Positions 14,413 to 16,014 of a stretch of 16,014 bases of DNA are shown here, piece by piece. The translations under genes and the position numbers were made by a program. Position 1 is the first letter of the stretch. Each line of letters opens with the position of its first letter. The stretch spans positions 1-16,014 of the forward strand of contig CAZEBC010000086.1 of the NCBI GenBank assembly GCA_964510165.1, written 5' to 3'. This DNA is from an uncultured bacterium. Lineage in GTDB: Bacteria > Abyssobacteria > SURF-5. The notes beneath the pieces were generated by a model. It did not search any database. It worked only from the letters and a program-made list of their open reading frames with translations, and was not told the origin of the DNA.

Positions 14413-15570
14413 ATGGATTTCGCCATCCCCGAAGAACTCGAAATACTCCGCCGCAGTCTCCGCAAGTTCATCGAAAAGGAAGTCATTCCTCTGGAACAAA
14501 AGGCGGGCTACGATCCCGACGATGGCGTGCCGCAGGACCTGCTCAAGCAGGTGCGGCGACGCTCGCACGAACTGGGTTTCTGGGGGATCGACATGCCCGA
14601 GCAATATGGCGGCGGCGGGCTGAACATGCTGGGAACGGTCATCCTGCGCGAGGAAGCCTCTCGTCACTTCTGTTCGCTGAATCAGGCCATCTTCGGCGGG
14701 CCGGAGGGCCCCTCGAAAATCCTGCTTGCCGGAACCGAGGAGCAGATTCAGAAATATCTTGTGCCCGTGATCAAGGCAGAGAAGACGTGCTGCTTTGCAC
14801 TGACCGAGCCGAACGCGGGCTCCGACGCCGCCAGCATCGAGACCTCAGCCGTAAGGGACGGCGACGAATGGGTCATCAACGGCCTCAAGCATTTCATCAC
14901 CAACGGCCCGTATGCCGACTATGCAATCGTGTTTGCTGTGACCGACCGGCAGAAGCGCGGTAGAGGCGGCATCACATGTTTCCTCGTGGACAAGGGAACG
15001 CCGGGCTTTTCCGTCGGAAAAATCCAAAGGACGATGGGCGGCGGCGACTCGCAGTGCGAACTCGTATTCGAGGATTGCCGCGTGCCGCATGAGAACGTGC
15101 TCGGCGAGGTCGGCATGGGCTTTGTCACCGCGATGACGTTCCTCGGGGGAGGCCGCCTCAGCATCGCGGCGGGTGCGGTCGGCATGACCGACAAGCTGTT
15201 GCAGGTCTCGATAGACTATGCGAAGCAGCGAGTGCAGTTCGGGAAGCCCATCGCGACCAAGCAAGCCATCCAGTGGATGCTCGCCGACATCGCGACCGAA
15301 CTCTTCGCCGCGCGGAACATGGTGTATAGCACCGCGTGGAAGATAGACCAGGGCGAGATGGCGATCCGGGAGATGGCGATGTGCAAACTGTACGCGACCG
15401 AGCTTGTGAACCGCGCGGCCGACGTCGCAGTGCAGGTGCATGGCGGCATGGGCTATATGAAGGAGGCGCCGATCGAACGCGTGTATCGCGGCGTGCGCGC
15501 ATTGCGCATCGTGGAGGGCACATCCGAAATCCAGCGCTTCATCATCGCCCGGAGTCTGCTGCAGGAGTAG
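14413..15570 (+). CDS. Acyl-CoA dehydrogenase family protein
   Basis: ATG 14413 after AAGGAG. Motifs PEQYGGGG, FALTEPNAGSDA, W.INGLKHFITNG, L.FEDCRVP.EN.LGE.G.GF, R.QFGKPI...QAIQ, AVQVHGG.GY and RIVEGTSEIQR (catalytic Glu). Confidence 0.96.
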   Translation: MDFAIPEELEILRRSLRKFIEKEVIPLEQKAGYDPDDGVPQDLLKQVRRRSHELGFWGIDMPEQYGGGGLNMLGTVILREEASRHFCSLNQAIFGGPEGPSKILLAGTEEQIQKYLVPVIKAEKTCCFALTEPNAGSDAASIETSAVRDGDEWVINGLKHFITNGPYADYAIVFAVTDRQKRGRGGITCFLVDKGTPGFSVGKIQRTMGGGDSQCELVFEDCRVPHENVLGEVGMGFVTAMTFLGGGRLSIAAGAVGMTDKLLQVSIDYAKQRVQFGKPIATKQAIQWMLADIATELFAARNMVYSTAWKIDQGEMAIREMAMCKLYATELVNRAADVAVQVHGGMGYMKEAPIERVYRGVRALRIVEGTSEIQRFIIARSLLQE

Positions 15571-15671
15571 TAATCCAAGTGAAGGGTTCGGTTGGACACA
15601 GAATGCTACAATCTGAGAACGAAGGGCGAGCGGGCATGATCGATGGCCAAGTCTGATGGGAGGGGATTTCA

Positions 15672-15989
15672 ATGCTTAAGGACAATCTTCCAGATTTCAC
15701 TGGGAAATTGGTTGTCTTCTATACTGTCAATGCGCCGAGTGCGATTCAAGATGGAATCGTTCTGGAACACGCGTCATTCACGGAGTACGGGGATCGACTT
15801 TTCGTTGTTGGAAGAATCTCATCGGCGGAAGACGGCCTCGAATGGGCATCAGGTCTGCAAGCCGGGCTGGCGTGGGACCATGTAACTCATTTTCTCATTC
15901 TTGATTCCCGAGAGGACTTCCTCAAGCGATTGGATCATTTTTCCCGTGCGTTACGGGACAAAGAATCGCGTGAGGAACTCGGAATATAG
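15672..15989 (+). CDS. Hypothetical protein, 105 aa
   Basis: ATG after GGGAGGGGG; globular beta-rich composition; candidate extended -10 TGcTACAAT at 15604-15612. Confidence 0.65.
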   Translation: MLKDNLPDFTGKLVVFYTVNAPSAIQDGIVLEHASFTEYGDRLFVVGRISSAEDGLEWASGLQAGLAWDHVTHFLILDSREDFLKRLDHFSRALRDKESREELGI

Positions 15990-16014
15990 CAGAGCATCGT
16001 TCGGCTCGCCGGGC

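Overview
GC-rich chromosomal segment from a diderm, probably anaerobic bacterium; the lineage cannot be fixed from sequence alone. The minus strand carries a partial URO-D/MtaA-like gene, a DUF169 gene, glnA (type I-beta glutamine synthetase) and glnB (P-II). The plus strand carries a CxxC/CxxC hypothetical overlapping a SPOR-domain gene, lnt, argS, a DUF362/ferredoxin - aldehyde:ferredoxin oxidoreductase (AOR) - MoaD/ThiS cluster, an extended SDR, a helical hypothetical, an acyl-CoA dehydrogenase and a small hypothetical. I found no transposase, RNA gene or CRISPR array. The most unusual aspect is non-coding: nearly every intergenic gap holds short repeats from about six distinct families. 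These are GTAG-type REP hairpins, CGTC-type REP dimers, a BoxC-like element, GGGGACAC palindromes, strand-polarised RRRGTYY heptamer arrays and CACGAAG-type triplets. One CGTC repeat supplies the C-terminal tail and stop codon of the MoaD-like sulfur carrier, masking its Gly-Gly terminus. All family assignments come from motif recognition by eye, not database searches.
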